32,000 nt of DNA from Alkalilimnicola ehrlichii MLHE-1 (lineage in GTDB: Bacteria; Pseudomonadota; Gammaproteobacteria; Nitrococcales; Halorhodospiraceae). The translations under genes were made by a program, and so were the position numbers. The notes under the pieces are model-generated. The model worked only from the letters and a program-made list of their open reading frames with translations, was not told the origin of the DNA and made no database searches. Where the stretch lies: NCBI RefSeq assembly GCF_000014785.1, contig NC_008340.1, positions 30,001-62,000 of the forward strand, in the 5' to 3' direction. Below, piece by piece: positions 9,786-17,473 of this stretch; positions within the stretch are counted from its first letter, which is position 1, and every line of letters starts with the position of its first letter.

Positions 9786-9861
9786 CGGATTTTAGCTCCT
9801 AAACCAGAGCCCGAGTCTCGCATCATGACGCTTAAGCTACTGACTCTACGCCACAATAGGG

Positions 9862-9880
9862 CGACCCCAGCCTGGGGTCG
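9862..9880 (-). terminator. GC-rich hairpin, possible end of the minus-strand effector/immunity operon
   Basis: CGACCCCAG-C-CTGGGGTCG is a perfect 9-nt inverted repeat, 24 nt beyond the last minus-strand ORF stop. No clear U-tract follows, so an intrinsic-terminator call is weak. Confidence 0.25.
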
Positions 9881-9903
9881 GTACGCTCGCGAACATACCG
9901 AGA

Positions 9904-10152
9904 TCACACACGAATACAGCGCTCTTCCCGCTGCCAGTTCGGCATTGAGGCGTGGACTTCGGGCTGGGCAACTCGATGGCGATTTCCGAGCAGAAAGCCC
10001 AGGCCGGCAGCCGAACCCAACAGCGCCGGGGACGTCATCCGGTCATGGATTCGGTGGCGCAGCATGGCGCCCTGCGCGCCCATCGATCGCTGGCGCTCGG
10101 CGCCATTGATGCGTGCTGCCAGCGATTCGGAGTGGGGTGCGTTGCGGATCAT
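9904..10152 (-). CDS. Possible small single-TM protein (82 aa from the internal ATG); may be non-functional
   Basis: MIRNAPHSESLAARINGAERQRS...MTSPALLGSAAGLGFLLGN has one hydrophobic helix. The annotated 129-aa ORF (to 10293) starts inside the effector-derived 95-bp repeat and is therefore chimeric. Confidence 0.3.
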   Translation of the reverse strand: MIRNAPHSESLAARINGAERQRSMGAQGAMLRHRIHDRMTSPALLGSAAGLGFLLGNRHRVAQPEVHASMPNWQREERCIRV

Positions 10153-10230
10153 GATGACGTGTCCGTTTCGGGGGTCAGACTGCGCACGGTGGCGGGGAAC
10201 TGCAGATTTGGGCGTTGCTGGCGGATCGCC

Positions 10231-10325
10231 CAGCCACTCAGGAATATTGCCGTCGCCTGCATTGGCAACGTGAGGCGCCAGGTTCAACGACATCAGGCCT
10301 TCGATGGTTCGTGCGGAGAAGAGCG
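10231..10325. repeat. 95-bp copy (93/95 identical) of an internal segment of the effector gene
   Basis: I aligned cagccactcaggaatattgccgtcgcctgcattggcaa[c/t]gtgaggcgccaggttcaacgacatcaggccttcgatggttcgtgc[g/c]gagaagagcg by eye against 15702-15796. The flanks are unrelated. Confidence 0.9.
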
Positions 10326-11309
10326 ACGCTGGGTGTGGGGATCGAGGGTTTGCGGGGCGTCGGGGTGCAGGCCCTGGTCGCGCTCAATGTCGTAGAGTCG
10401 GGAGGTGGGGCCGTCGGCGCGGCAGCGTTCGCGCACGAGCGGGTGCCACTGGCTGCGGGCGGCGCGGCGCTGGGCCAACTGCCAGACAAAGTCGCGCAGG
10501 ACGAGGGCGGGCAGCATGACGGCCTGGAAGGCGTTGGTGAACCACATGCGGTCGCGGGTCATGATGCCCATGTCGACCAACTCCCGGTGGAGTTCGATGT
10601 CGATCTTGCCCGTGCGATTGCGCTGGGCGAAGCGTTTGCGCACCGCCTGGCGGGTGGATTCGGGGGTGTTTCGGCCCTGCTCGTCGAACCAGGGGCCGTT
10701 TTCCATGTAACAGCGTAGGTACTCCCAGAGCATGGCCTGGGTCTGGGCGGTGTGGCCCATGGGAAGGTTGAGATTGACGGCGATGACCTCGTCGGGCTGC
10801 TGGAAGCGCTGGAGGAGGATCTGCAGGGGGGTGAGCCGGTTGACGCCGGCATGGTGGGTGACCTGGCGGGTTTCCTGCAGCCATGCGACGGCCTCGTCCC
10901 AGGGGGTGTGGTAGAGCTTTTTGCCGTCCTGGAAGTAGACCTCGCGGGTGCGGCGATTGAAGCGCAGGGGCAGGGCCGCGGGCCAGAAGACCTCGAGCAG
11001 GAAGAAGACCAGGGTGACGCCGGCCATGGCTCCATTGACCTGCAAAGCGAATACCGCTCTCTCTCCCCCGTGGAAAAAGTTGGGTGACATCACTACTAGA
11101 CCCATCAGCGTTCCCCATCCCCAAAACCCGGTCCACAGGCCCCTTGAGCTTCCGGTGGTGATATCGAGGTAGTGCTCGGTCTGGTCCTGGACGTCGCCGG
11201 CCTGCATGGGCTGGGCGGCCGCGCGCCGGTCGGGGCGCAGGGTGATGACCTCGTCGGCGAGCCCGATATTGCGGGAGAGATCGGCGAAGAACCGGCGCAG
11301 GTGGTGCAT
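10293..11309 (-). CDS. Polytopic membrane protein, paralog of 11926-13257; candidate (orphan) T6SS immunity protein
   Basis: 338 aa. Shares PLRFNRRTREVYF, TPWDEAVAW and MLWEYLRCYMENGP with PIRLHRQRREVAF, VPWEDVIAV and AQWEYIRRFMEEGP of the 444-aa protein. Its ATG is 2 nt after the stop of the preceding ORF. Its last ~10 codons lie inside the 95-bp effector-derived repeat. Confidence 0.7.
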   Translation of the reverse strand: MHHLRRFFADLSRNIGLADEVITLRPDRRAAAQPMQAGDVQDQTEHYLDITTGSSRGLWTGFWGWGTLMGLVVMSPNFFHGGERAVFALQVNGAMAGVTLVFFLLEVFWPAALPLRFNRRTREVYFQDGKKLYHTPWDEAVAWLQETRQVTHHAGVNRLTPLQILLQRFQQPDEVIAVNLNLPMGHTAQTQAMLWEYLRCYMENGPWFDEQGRNTPESTRQAVRKRFAQRNRTGKIDIELHRELVDMGIMTRDRMWFTNAFQAVMLPALVLRDFVWQLAQRRAARSQWHPLVRERCRADGPTSRLYDIERDQGLHPDAPQTLDPHTQRRSSPHEPSKA

Positions 11310-11311
11310 GG

Positions 11312-11827
11312 CTAGTTGATCCGGATGGGAGGCAGGGTGAGATCGGGGAACGGGCGATAGTACAGGGTGCCGGAGAGGGAGCTCAGCCGGTCGCCGTCCC
11401 GGGTGTCGTGGTAGATGAGTCGGTAGACGGGGCCGTCGGGCGCCTCCGCCCCACCGATGTCGAGGTCGAGATCCTTTTCGGTGATGGTCCGGCTGCGTTC
11501 GTCATGCCGGACCAGCCCGGTGCGCCAGCGCTCGGTGGCCTCCAGAGTGAACATGCCCGGGAAGGGCGTGGCGCCGGGGAAGGTGACCAGCAGGACACGG
11601 TAGTGGTGGACATCGCCGGAGCGGGGGTTACGGGCCTGGCGGGCCTCCAGCCGGATGCGCGGCTCGTAGAGCAGCCGGTAGAGGTGGCCGAGTTCCTCGT
11701 CCAGGTCGCCGGCCCAGTCGGCCAGCCGCGGGAGTCGCCCGCGAACGCCGCGTAGGCCGTGCCACGCAGGACGCCATGGCCCGGGGTTGACCGCCCCATC
11801 GATCATCATCCATGAGCCTTGGTCCAT
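11312..11827 (-). CDS. 171-aa soluble protein of unknown function; possibly derived from the C-terminal domain of a displaced VasX-like effector
   Basis: ATG at 11827 is preceded by AAGGAG (the open frame extends to 11851). It is tightly coupled to the downstream membrane protein (TAG-CC-ATG). By-eye similarity to the last ~175 aa of the 1099-aa effector is described in the findings. Confidence 0.55.
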   Translation of the reverse strand: MDQGSWMMIDGAVNPGPWRPAWHGLRGVRGRLPRLADWAGDLDEELGHLYRLLYEPRIRLEARQARNPRSGDVHHYRVLLVTFPGATPFPGMFTLEATERWRTGLVRHDERSRTITEKDLDLDIGGAEAPDGPVYRLIYHDTRDGDRLSSLSGTLYYRPFPDLTLPPIRIN

Positions 11828-11925
11828 GGCCTTACTCCTTTGCCGCCGCATACCTTTTACAGGCCAGCTCTGGGCTGGGCAGCCTGGAGCAGCGTAACGG
11901 TTGGTGTCTGGCTCATGGCGCCGGC

Positions 11926-13257
11926 TCAGGCCGCGCTGGCCGCAAATGGCAGTGTGCGATAAGCCGTACCTGGGGAGGGCTCCACCTCGACCCCAAAGCG
12001 TTTCTCGATATTGCCCATCTCGATGAACTTCTCGCCGCGCTGGTAGGCCTGCCGCAGCTTCTCGCCGAGTTCAGTGAGTTCGCGCGAAGGTCGGGCCCAC
12101 TGGTCCCGGGGAAGGGGCCTGGACCATCCCGCCAGCCAGCCCTTGGGCACCGCCTTGGGCAGCACATGCTTCATGCGGTACTCGGTGTACCAGTGGGCGA
12201 AGCGTGCATGATTCCACCACTGCTCGCGCCGAAAGCGCCGCCAGCGGGCCTTGTCGTGGGTGCGTTCGCACTCGGCCTTTTCCCGGGCCACGTAGGCGTC
12301 GTACCACTCGAGGCCCCACTCCCGGGCGGAAGAGGTGATGGCCTCGGGCCCCTCCTCCATGAAGCGGCGGATGTACTCCCACTGGGCCAGCGCGCCCGGG
12401 AGGCCGCCGACCCCGACGATGATGCCGGCCCCGGGCAGGGTATAGCCGGGTCGTTCCGGATCGGGCGGCATCAGAGCGAAGTTCCAGCCGAAGCCGGTGA
12501 CGGCCCCGGCGCTGAGGCTGGGGTTGAACCCGCAGACCGCGATCACGTCCTCCCAGGGCACCAACACGGTCTGGCGCTGTTGGCCGACGAGCTTGCGGCA
12601 GAAGTCATGGAAATAGGGATAGAGAGGCAGGAAGGCCAAGGAGGCGATGTGGATCAGCAGTACCTTGAGAGGGAAGACCGTATCTGGATTCGCCATCCAT
12701 TCGAACACGTCCACAAAAACCATAATTCCGGTCAGCGAGGCAATGACACCCGAAGAAGCCATCAACCACATGTTGGTTGGGTCGGGCAGCCAGAAGCGCC
12801 GCCCGGGGGCATCCACGACGAAGGCCACCTCCCGGCGTTGGCGATGGAGGCGGATGGGGGGGATGCGTCTCAGTACGACATCGGGATAGAGAATGCCGGC
12901 AAAAAGAGGAAACAATATAACCGCGTAAATGCTTCCCAGCCCCCCTGCAACCAACTCCAAGGGCAGTGAGCCCTTGTACACCGCACTCAGGGAGAAAAGG
13001 AGCCCCAGTCCCGAAATTAGCGTCAGGCCGACACTAAAGATATGCCCCGTAATCAGGACGCTATCGAGGCTGGCAGCCTGGCGCAGGTCCATCGTGACCT
13101 CGTCGCGGCGAACGTCGATGTGGGCCACGTCCACGCCATGTTCGCTGTCGGTGGGCAGCGGCAGAGGGCTGAGACAGTACTGCTCGCCGCCGGCGCGGCT
13201 TTCCCGTTCGCCGGCGCGCATAGGGGGTAACGTATCGTCGATGGTTGATCTGGGCAT
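11926..13257 (-). CDS. Polytopic membrane protein immediately downstream of the effector; candidate cognate immunity protein
   Basis: ATG at 13257 (MPRSTIDD...) is 20 nt after the effector stop. The ORF-track start at 13368 would overlap the effector by 90 nt. Several TM helices are predicted. It is a paralog of 10293-11309 with an extra TM-hairpin insertion. Its position corresponds to tsiV2 after vasX in V. cholerae. Confidence 0.7.
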   Translation of the reverse strand: MPRSTIDDTLPPMRAGERESRAGGEQYCLSPLPLPTDSEHGVDVAHIDVRRDEVTMDLRQAASLDSVLITGHIFSVGLTLISGLGLLFSLSAVYKGSLPLELVAGGLGSIYAVILFPLFAGILYPDVVLRRIPPIRLHRQRREVAFVVDAPGRRFWLPDPTNMWLMASSGVIASLTGIMVFVDVFEWMANPDTVFPLKVLLIHIASLAFLPLYPYFHDFCRKLVGQQRQTVLVPWEDVIAVCGFNPSLSAGAVTGFGWNFALMPPDPERPGYTLPGAGIIVGVGGLPGALAQWEYIRRFMEEGPEAITSSAREWGLEWYDAYVAREKAECERTHDKARWRRFRREQWWNHARFAHWYTEYRMKHVLPKAVPKGWLAGWSRPLPRDQWARPSRELTELGEKLRQAYQRGEKFIEMGNIEKRFGVEVEPSPGTAYRTLPFAASAA

Positions 13258-13277
13258 GGAGGTCCTGTCCCTTGTTG

Positions 13278-16200
13278 TCACGGCCAGGGCGTCAGGGGCA
13301 TGTCCGGCCAGTTGCCCACTTGGTACCGCGTGAGGAAACGATCGCCGAGGGCGGAGATCTCCCTCCACTCATCGGAGAGCGATGTGCCGCGGCGATGCAA
13401 CTGGAAGACCCGGGTGGTGGATGCTTCGGGGCCCTTCGTGCGGATGACGAGGCGGAACTCGTGGCATTCGGCCAATGTTTCGGGATCGAAATGGTAGTGC
13501 AGGGCATAGCTCGAGCCCTGGTTTTCGAGCTCGGCATGTTCGAGAAAGTCTCGGGTCATTTCCTTGAGGCGAGGGGTGACGCCCCAGAGGCCCAGCGCGA
13601 GGTTTTCCGCATTGGGGGCGTCAAGCCCGGGCAAGCCAATGCGTATGGCGAGGTCGGTGCCTGCCGGCCCGGGCCCCGGGCCGCCATGGGGCTCGGCCTG
13701 CCCCTGCCGTTCCACCGTGAGATCGGTATCGCCAAGTCGGGCCAGTTCCCGCTCGTGGGCCTCGCGATCCCAGCCCTGATCTTCTCGCCCCCAGTGACTG
13801 CGCTGGCACCAGCGCTGCACAGGGCTCAACGAGAAGCGATTGGCCAGCACCTCGCCGATGATCAGCAGGGCGGTGCCAACCGCCACCACCCAGCCGGCGG
13901 GGCCGGCGAATTTCAGCAGCAGCAGTCGCCAGGCGACTGCGGGCTTGCCCAGCATCCTGCCAAGCGCGCTCATGCCGCCGATTAAGAAGCCACCACCGGC
14001 GACTCCGGCCGCACCTGTAAAGGCAACCTGTAAGGCCAGTCGCTCCGCCTGGGTTTCTGATCCCTGCATTCGTTTGTACTGCTTGTAGGTTTCTAAGAGA
14101 CCTGCAAAGCCACCCAGTAGGGCCACGGCCCCCATCGCCCCATTGGCAACCCTTGCCCAGCGCTCCAGTTGCGCGGGGCTTCCGGCGGCGGCGCGGGTCT
14201 CGGCCAAGGCCACCTGCTGAAAGCCCCGCCCCTGGTAGAGGTTGCGATGGCGGGCGTCGATGATCATTTCTCGTATTGCCATGATGCTCGCTGCCGCCCC
14301 TGTCGCGTGAGAGCCCGTCGCGAAGGCGTGCTCCATGAGGCGTTCTTCGCCCCAGGCATCAAGCGTATTGCGCAGGGCCACGCCGGTCATGATCATACCC
14401 AGCATCGACAGGCTCCCATTAACCAGCACCCCCAGGCTCCGACTCGCCGACAGCTCGCCCTGTTCGTCGCGCACCAGGGTGTTCAAGGTGTCGTTCAGGG
14501 TCGCGGCTGGTTGACGGGCAACGGCCCGGTCGGCGGCACGCTCGGCCAGGGCGGCACGGGTGGCGGCCAGGCTCAGGCCGCCGACCTGGACGGCGTGGCC
14601 ATTGGCCTTGTCGACGGGGAAGCTGTGTTCGGCCAGGGCGTCGAATGCCTCGCCCAGCAGGCGCCTGTGCCGGTTGATGTCGGCCTGGCTTTCGCGGATT
14701 TTGCGGGCATTGAACCGGTCGGCGGCCCGGCGATGCGCCTGGCTGGTGCCGCGCCTGGACGCCCGTGCCAACTCGACCTGGCGCTCCTGGTAGAGCTGCT
14801 CGAGCCTGCGCTCAAGGGTTGCCAGGTTGGCCACGGCCGAGTCCGCCTGGTCCAGTGCTTGCTGGATGCGGCCCAGTACGGAGCGGTCGGGGATGGCCCA
14901 GCCGAGCTCGAGCAGCCCCAGACGTTCGGCAAACATCAGCCGTTGCCCATCGGGCAAGCGCGAAGCCAGGGTAGTGATGCGCTGCCCCAGGTCGACATCC
15001 TGTACGTCATCGAGCAACGTCCCGAGCACCGCCTGCCCCAGCAGCTTCTCCTTGATTTGCACTTCGCCCGCGATGGCGGTTCGGGCTTCGTCGGAGAGGC
15101 CCTCGACGCTGCGAAAGCGCAGCCCGGTCTGATGTTCAACCTCGCCCCGCCACTGCTGGTAGCGGCTGAGTGCGCCCTGGGCGCCCATCAGTGCGGACGC
15201 CTGGGTGAGCGCTTTCTGGAGGCCAGTGTTTTGGGAAAGGAATCCCTCCACGAAGGACGCGGTGGGGACGTAATGCATCAGGTGTGCCGGTACCGGGTCG
15301 TCGCCGGCGTAGTAGCTCGACAGGAAGTCCTCCTGCCCGCAGGCCAGCAGGGTCTCGACGGCCTGCTTTTCCAGCAGGCAGGTCAGCAGGATGTGATGCT
15401 CCTCTTCGCGGTCGAGCAGCAGGGCCTGGGTGTGCCAGGTGGGCAGTATGGCGGCCAGGTCGGCCCCGATACGGTGATACTCGCTCTGCCACTGCGCCTG
15501 CATCGGGGTGGCATAGGCCAGGAAGTCTTCCATCGCCTGCCGGCGGATCACGTCGACGATGCCGTTGGGCGCCAGCGCCCCGCCAATGAAGCCCGGGTGG
15601 CCGCCTGAACGGGCAGTGACCTGCTCTATGGCTTCGCGATGCTGCGAATAGAGCTCGGCGAGCGACTCCAGGTCGTTACGCTCGGCATAACTGGCTTCGC
15701 TCAGCCACTCAGGAATATTGCCGTCGCCTGCATTGGCAATGTGAGGCGCCAGGTTCAACGACATCAGGCCTTCGATGGTTCGTGCCGAGAAGAGCGCCAC
15801 CGCGTTCTCGTCGACCCACTGGCCCTGTTGTTCCGCCAGGCAGGCCCACGCCTGGGCGAGGTCCTTGATACGTCCGGCGATATCGTCCACTACCAGGCAG
15901 GCGCTGTCTTGCTGAAAGCCCCCCTGGATAGCCGCCTTGATCTCGGCGGCGCGCGCACGCTGCCACTCGGCGTGTTCGCCTTCCGCGTCGCACCAGGCGT
16001 AGCTGCCCGGGTCGAGCGGGTCGCCGTCCTGCTCGGTCGGGGCGCTGGGGGTCGCGCGGTGTTCGCCATGGTCGTCCGCCAGGACGTCGGCCAGGGCATC
16101 GGGATCGAGCAGGTGAGCGGTACCCGCCCCCGGACAGTAGGCGCCAACGTTGACCCGCGTCATCACCTGATCGCGGAAGGCAGGTTTAAGCAGCATCGAT

Positions 16201-16577
16201 TGGTGCACGGCCGTCAGCGCCAAGGGACTGAACAGCACCTGGATGCTGCCCTCGCGCTCGACGATGATCGCATCGCCGCTGCCATCGGGTTTGACCTCGA
16301 AGACCTGCAGCTCATCGGGCGTTGAGCTGTGTACCAGGTAGAGCCAGCCTTCCCGTACCGGCCGTACGCCACAGCGACGGAAACTGCCGTCATGAACGGG
16401 CCGGAAGCCCGGCGTGCCCGAGGCCCGATCCGCCTCGGGCGCCTCGACCAGGGCATACCGCACCGGGACCAGCTGCAGCTCACCGCGCGTAAGAGGGCAG
16501 AGCCCCTGCTCTTGGCCCGGGTCGTTATCGTTCCGGCTCTCCGCGACGCGGTTGGCGGCTTCCATGTCGGTGCTCAT
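13278..16577 (-). CDS. T6SS effector, VasX / BTH_I2691-like (N-terminal loading region, coiled-coil middle, C-terminal cluster of TM helices, about 175-aa terminal domain)
   Basis: 1099 aa, directly after vgrG and the DUF4123 adaptor with a 4-nt ATGA overlap. The N-terminus GLCPLTRGELQLVPVRYALVE resembles the VasX N-terminal region. Glycine-rich hydrophobic helices near the C-terminus include LSMLGMIMTGVAL, GAVALLGGFAGLL, FTGAAGVAGGGFLIGGMSALG and WVVAVGTALLIIGEVL. Confidence 0.8.
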   Translation of the reverse strand: MSTDMEAANRVAESRNDNDPGQEQGLCPLTRGELQLVPVRYALVEAPEADRASGTPGFRPVHDGSFRRCGVRPVREGWLYLVHSSTPDELQVFEVKPDGSGDAIIVEREGSIQVLFSPLALTAVHQSMLLKPAFRDQVMTRVNVGAYCPGAGTAHLLDPDALADVLADDHGEHRATPSAPTEQDGDPLDPGSYAWCDAEGEHAEWQRARAAEIKAAIQGGFQQDSACLVVDDIAGRIKDLAQAWACLAEQQGQWVDENAVALFSARTIEGLMSLNLAPHIANAGDGNIPEWLSEASYAERNDLESLAELYSQHREAIEQVTARSGGHPGFIGGALAPNGIVDVIRRQAMEDFLAYATPMQAQWQSEYHRIGADLAAILPTWHTQALLLDREEEHHILLTCLLEKQAVETLLACGQEDFLSSYYAGDDPVPAHLMHYVPTASFVEGFLSQNTGLQKALTQASALMGAQGALSRYQQWRGEVEHQTGLRFRSVEGLSDEARTAIAGEVQIKEKLLGQAVLGTLLDDVQDVDLGQRITTLASRLPDGQRLMFAERLGLLELGWAIPDRSVLGRIQQALDQADSAVANLATLERRLEQLYQERQVELARASRRGTSQAHRRAADRFNARKIRESQADINRHRRLLGEAFDALAEHSFPVDKANGHAVQVGGLSLAATRAALAERAADRAVARQPAATLNDTLNTLVRDEQGELSASRSLGVLVNGSLSMLGMIMTGVALRNTLDAWGEERLMEHAFATGSHATGAAASIMAIREMIIDARHRNLYQGRGFQQVALAETRAAAGSPAQLERWARVANGAMGAVALLGGFAGLLETYKQYKRMQGSETQAERLALQVAFTGAAGVAGGGFLIGGMSALGRMLGKPAVAWRLLLLKFAGPAGWVVAVGTALLIIGEVLANRFSLSPVQRWCQRSHWGREDQGWDREAHERELARLGDTDLTVERQGQAEPHGGPGPGPAGTDLAIRIGLPGLDAPNAENLALGLWGVTPRLKEMTRDFLEHAELENQGSSYALHYHFDPETLAECHEFRLVIRTKGPEASTTRVFQLHRRGTSLSDEWREISALGDRFLTRYQVGNWPDMPLTPWP
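15702..15796. repeat. Master copy, inside the effector CDS, of the 95-bp repeat found at 10231-10325
   Basis: Encodes effector residues ~261-292 (LFSARTIEGLMSLNLAPHIANAGDGNIPEWL). 93/95 identical to the distal copy. Confidence 0.9.
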
Positions 16578-17473
16578 GCCTTGCTCTCCCTGCTCGCTAG
16601 CCGCCGGGCCTCGGTGGCGGCGGCCTTGAGTCGCTCCATGGGGGTGCCGCTGGTCTGGGTGACGTGCCGAGCCAGATCCGGCATGCGCTGTTCATCCAGG
16701 GCCGCCGGACCATAGGCCCCCAGGATGTTGGCCATGTAGTAGTGGGCGCGCCGACCGGTGAAGCCCAGCTCCCGTGTGGTATCGATGACCCGCCGAGCGG
16801 CCATGCCAGCCGTCCCGCATTCGCTGATCAGCGGGCCGTGGGCGAAGAATGCCTGGAGGTGCTGTGCCAGCTCTCCGGCGAAACGCTGCCAGGCGATACG
16901 ACTCAGCGATTCGAGATGTGCTGGCTGCAGCCTGAAGCGCTTCCGGTGCCGTACCGGCTCACCCTGGGTGTTGGTCAGATGGCGCCAGGTGATGCCGTCG
17001 TCTTCGGCTATCGGCAACCATAGCGCGCCGATCACCCCCAGGAGCGGGCTTTGCGAGGGCTCCGGCTCCGCCTCGAGCAGGCAGTGCACGACTTGGGCCG
17101 AGGCCAGCCGTAGTATCTTTTCGCCTTCCAGGGGGTGCTCGACAAACAACAGCCAGCGCAGATGCGCCGCGAGTTCCTCCAGCGAGGCATCGCTGGCCAT
17201 GAGCCAGCCCCAGCTCTCGACCGCGCCCTGTTCCAGGAACCTCTCCCAGACCAGGCTGCCCGGCTCCAGAGCCACCAGGCATGGCGAGAGCTTTCGACAC
17301 GCTTCCAGCGGCGTGTGCAGGTAGAGCGGCTCATAGACGGGTGTATCGAGGTGCTCGTAGAGCCAACGTTCCAGAGGTTCGAGCGCTATGCCGTCGAGCA
17401 GCAGGTAGTGCTTCCCGTCACCGAGGGCAGCCGCCGACGGTGGCGCGCTATTGGGGAGTGCCCCCGTGGTCAT
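16574..17473 (-). CDS. DUF4123 T6SS effector adaptor/chaperone (VasW/Tap/Tec-like)
   Basis: [14 protein letters not shown]...[12 protein letters not shown]...[23 protein letters not shown] fits the DUF4123 pattern. Start and stop overlap the vgrG stop and the effector start by 4 nt each. Confidence 0.8.
   Translation of the reverse strand: MTTGALPNSAPPSAAALGDGKHYLLLDGIALEPLERWLYEHLDTPVYEPLYLHTPLEACRKLSPCLVALEPGSLVWERFLEQGAVESWGWLMASDASLEELAAHLRWLLFVEHPLEGEKILRLASAQVVHCLLEAEPEPSQSPLLGVIGALWLPIAEDDGITWRHLTNTQGEPVRHRKRFRLQPAHLESLSRIAWQRFAGELAQHLQAFFAHGPLISECGTAGMAARRVIDTTRELGFTGRRAHYYMANILGAYGPAALDEQRMPDLARHVTQTSGTPMERLKAAATEARRLASRESKA

Noticed and set aside
9904-10293. 129-aa ORF (MSLNLAPHVANAGDGNIPEWL...) as a genuine orphan toxin domain
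   Set aside because: Only its first 21 codons derive from the effector (the 95-bp repeat). The rest shows no similarity to the effector or to any toxin motif I recognise. I treat it as a chimeric reading frame across a recombination scar.
11812-15608. Long plus-strand ORFs (11812-12969, 13245-13985, 14169-15608) antisense to the immunity candidate and the effector
   Set aside because: Antisense shadow ORFs. The minus-strand frames carry TM-helix and coiled-coil structure and the operon-like coupling.
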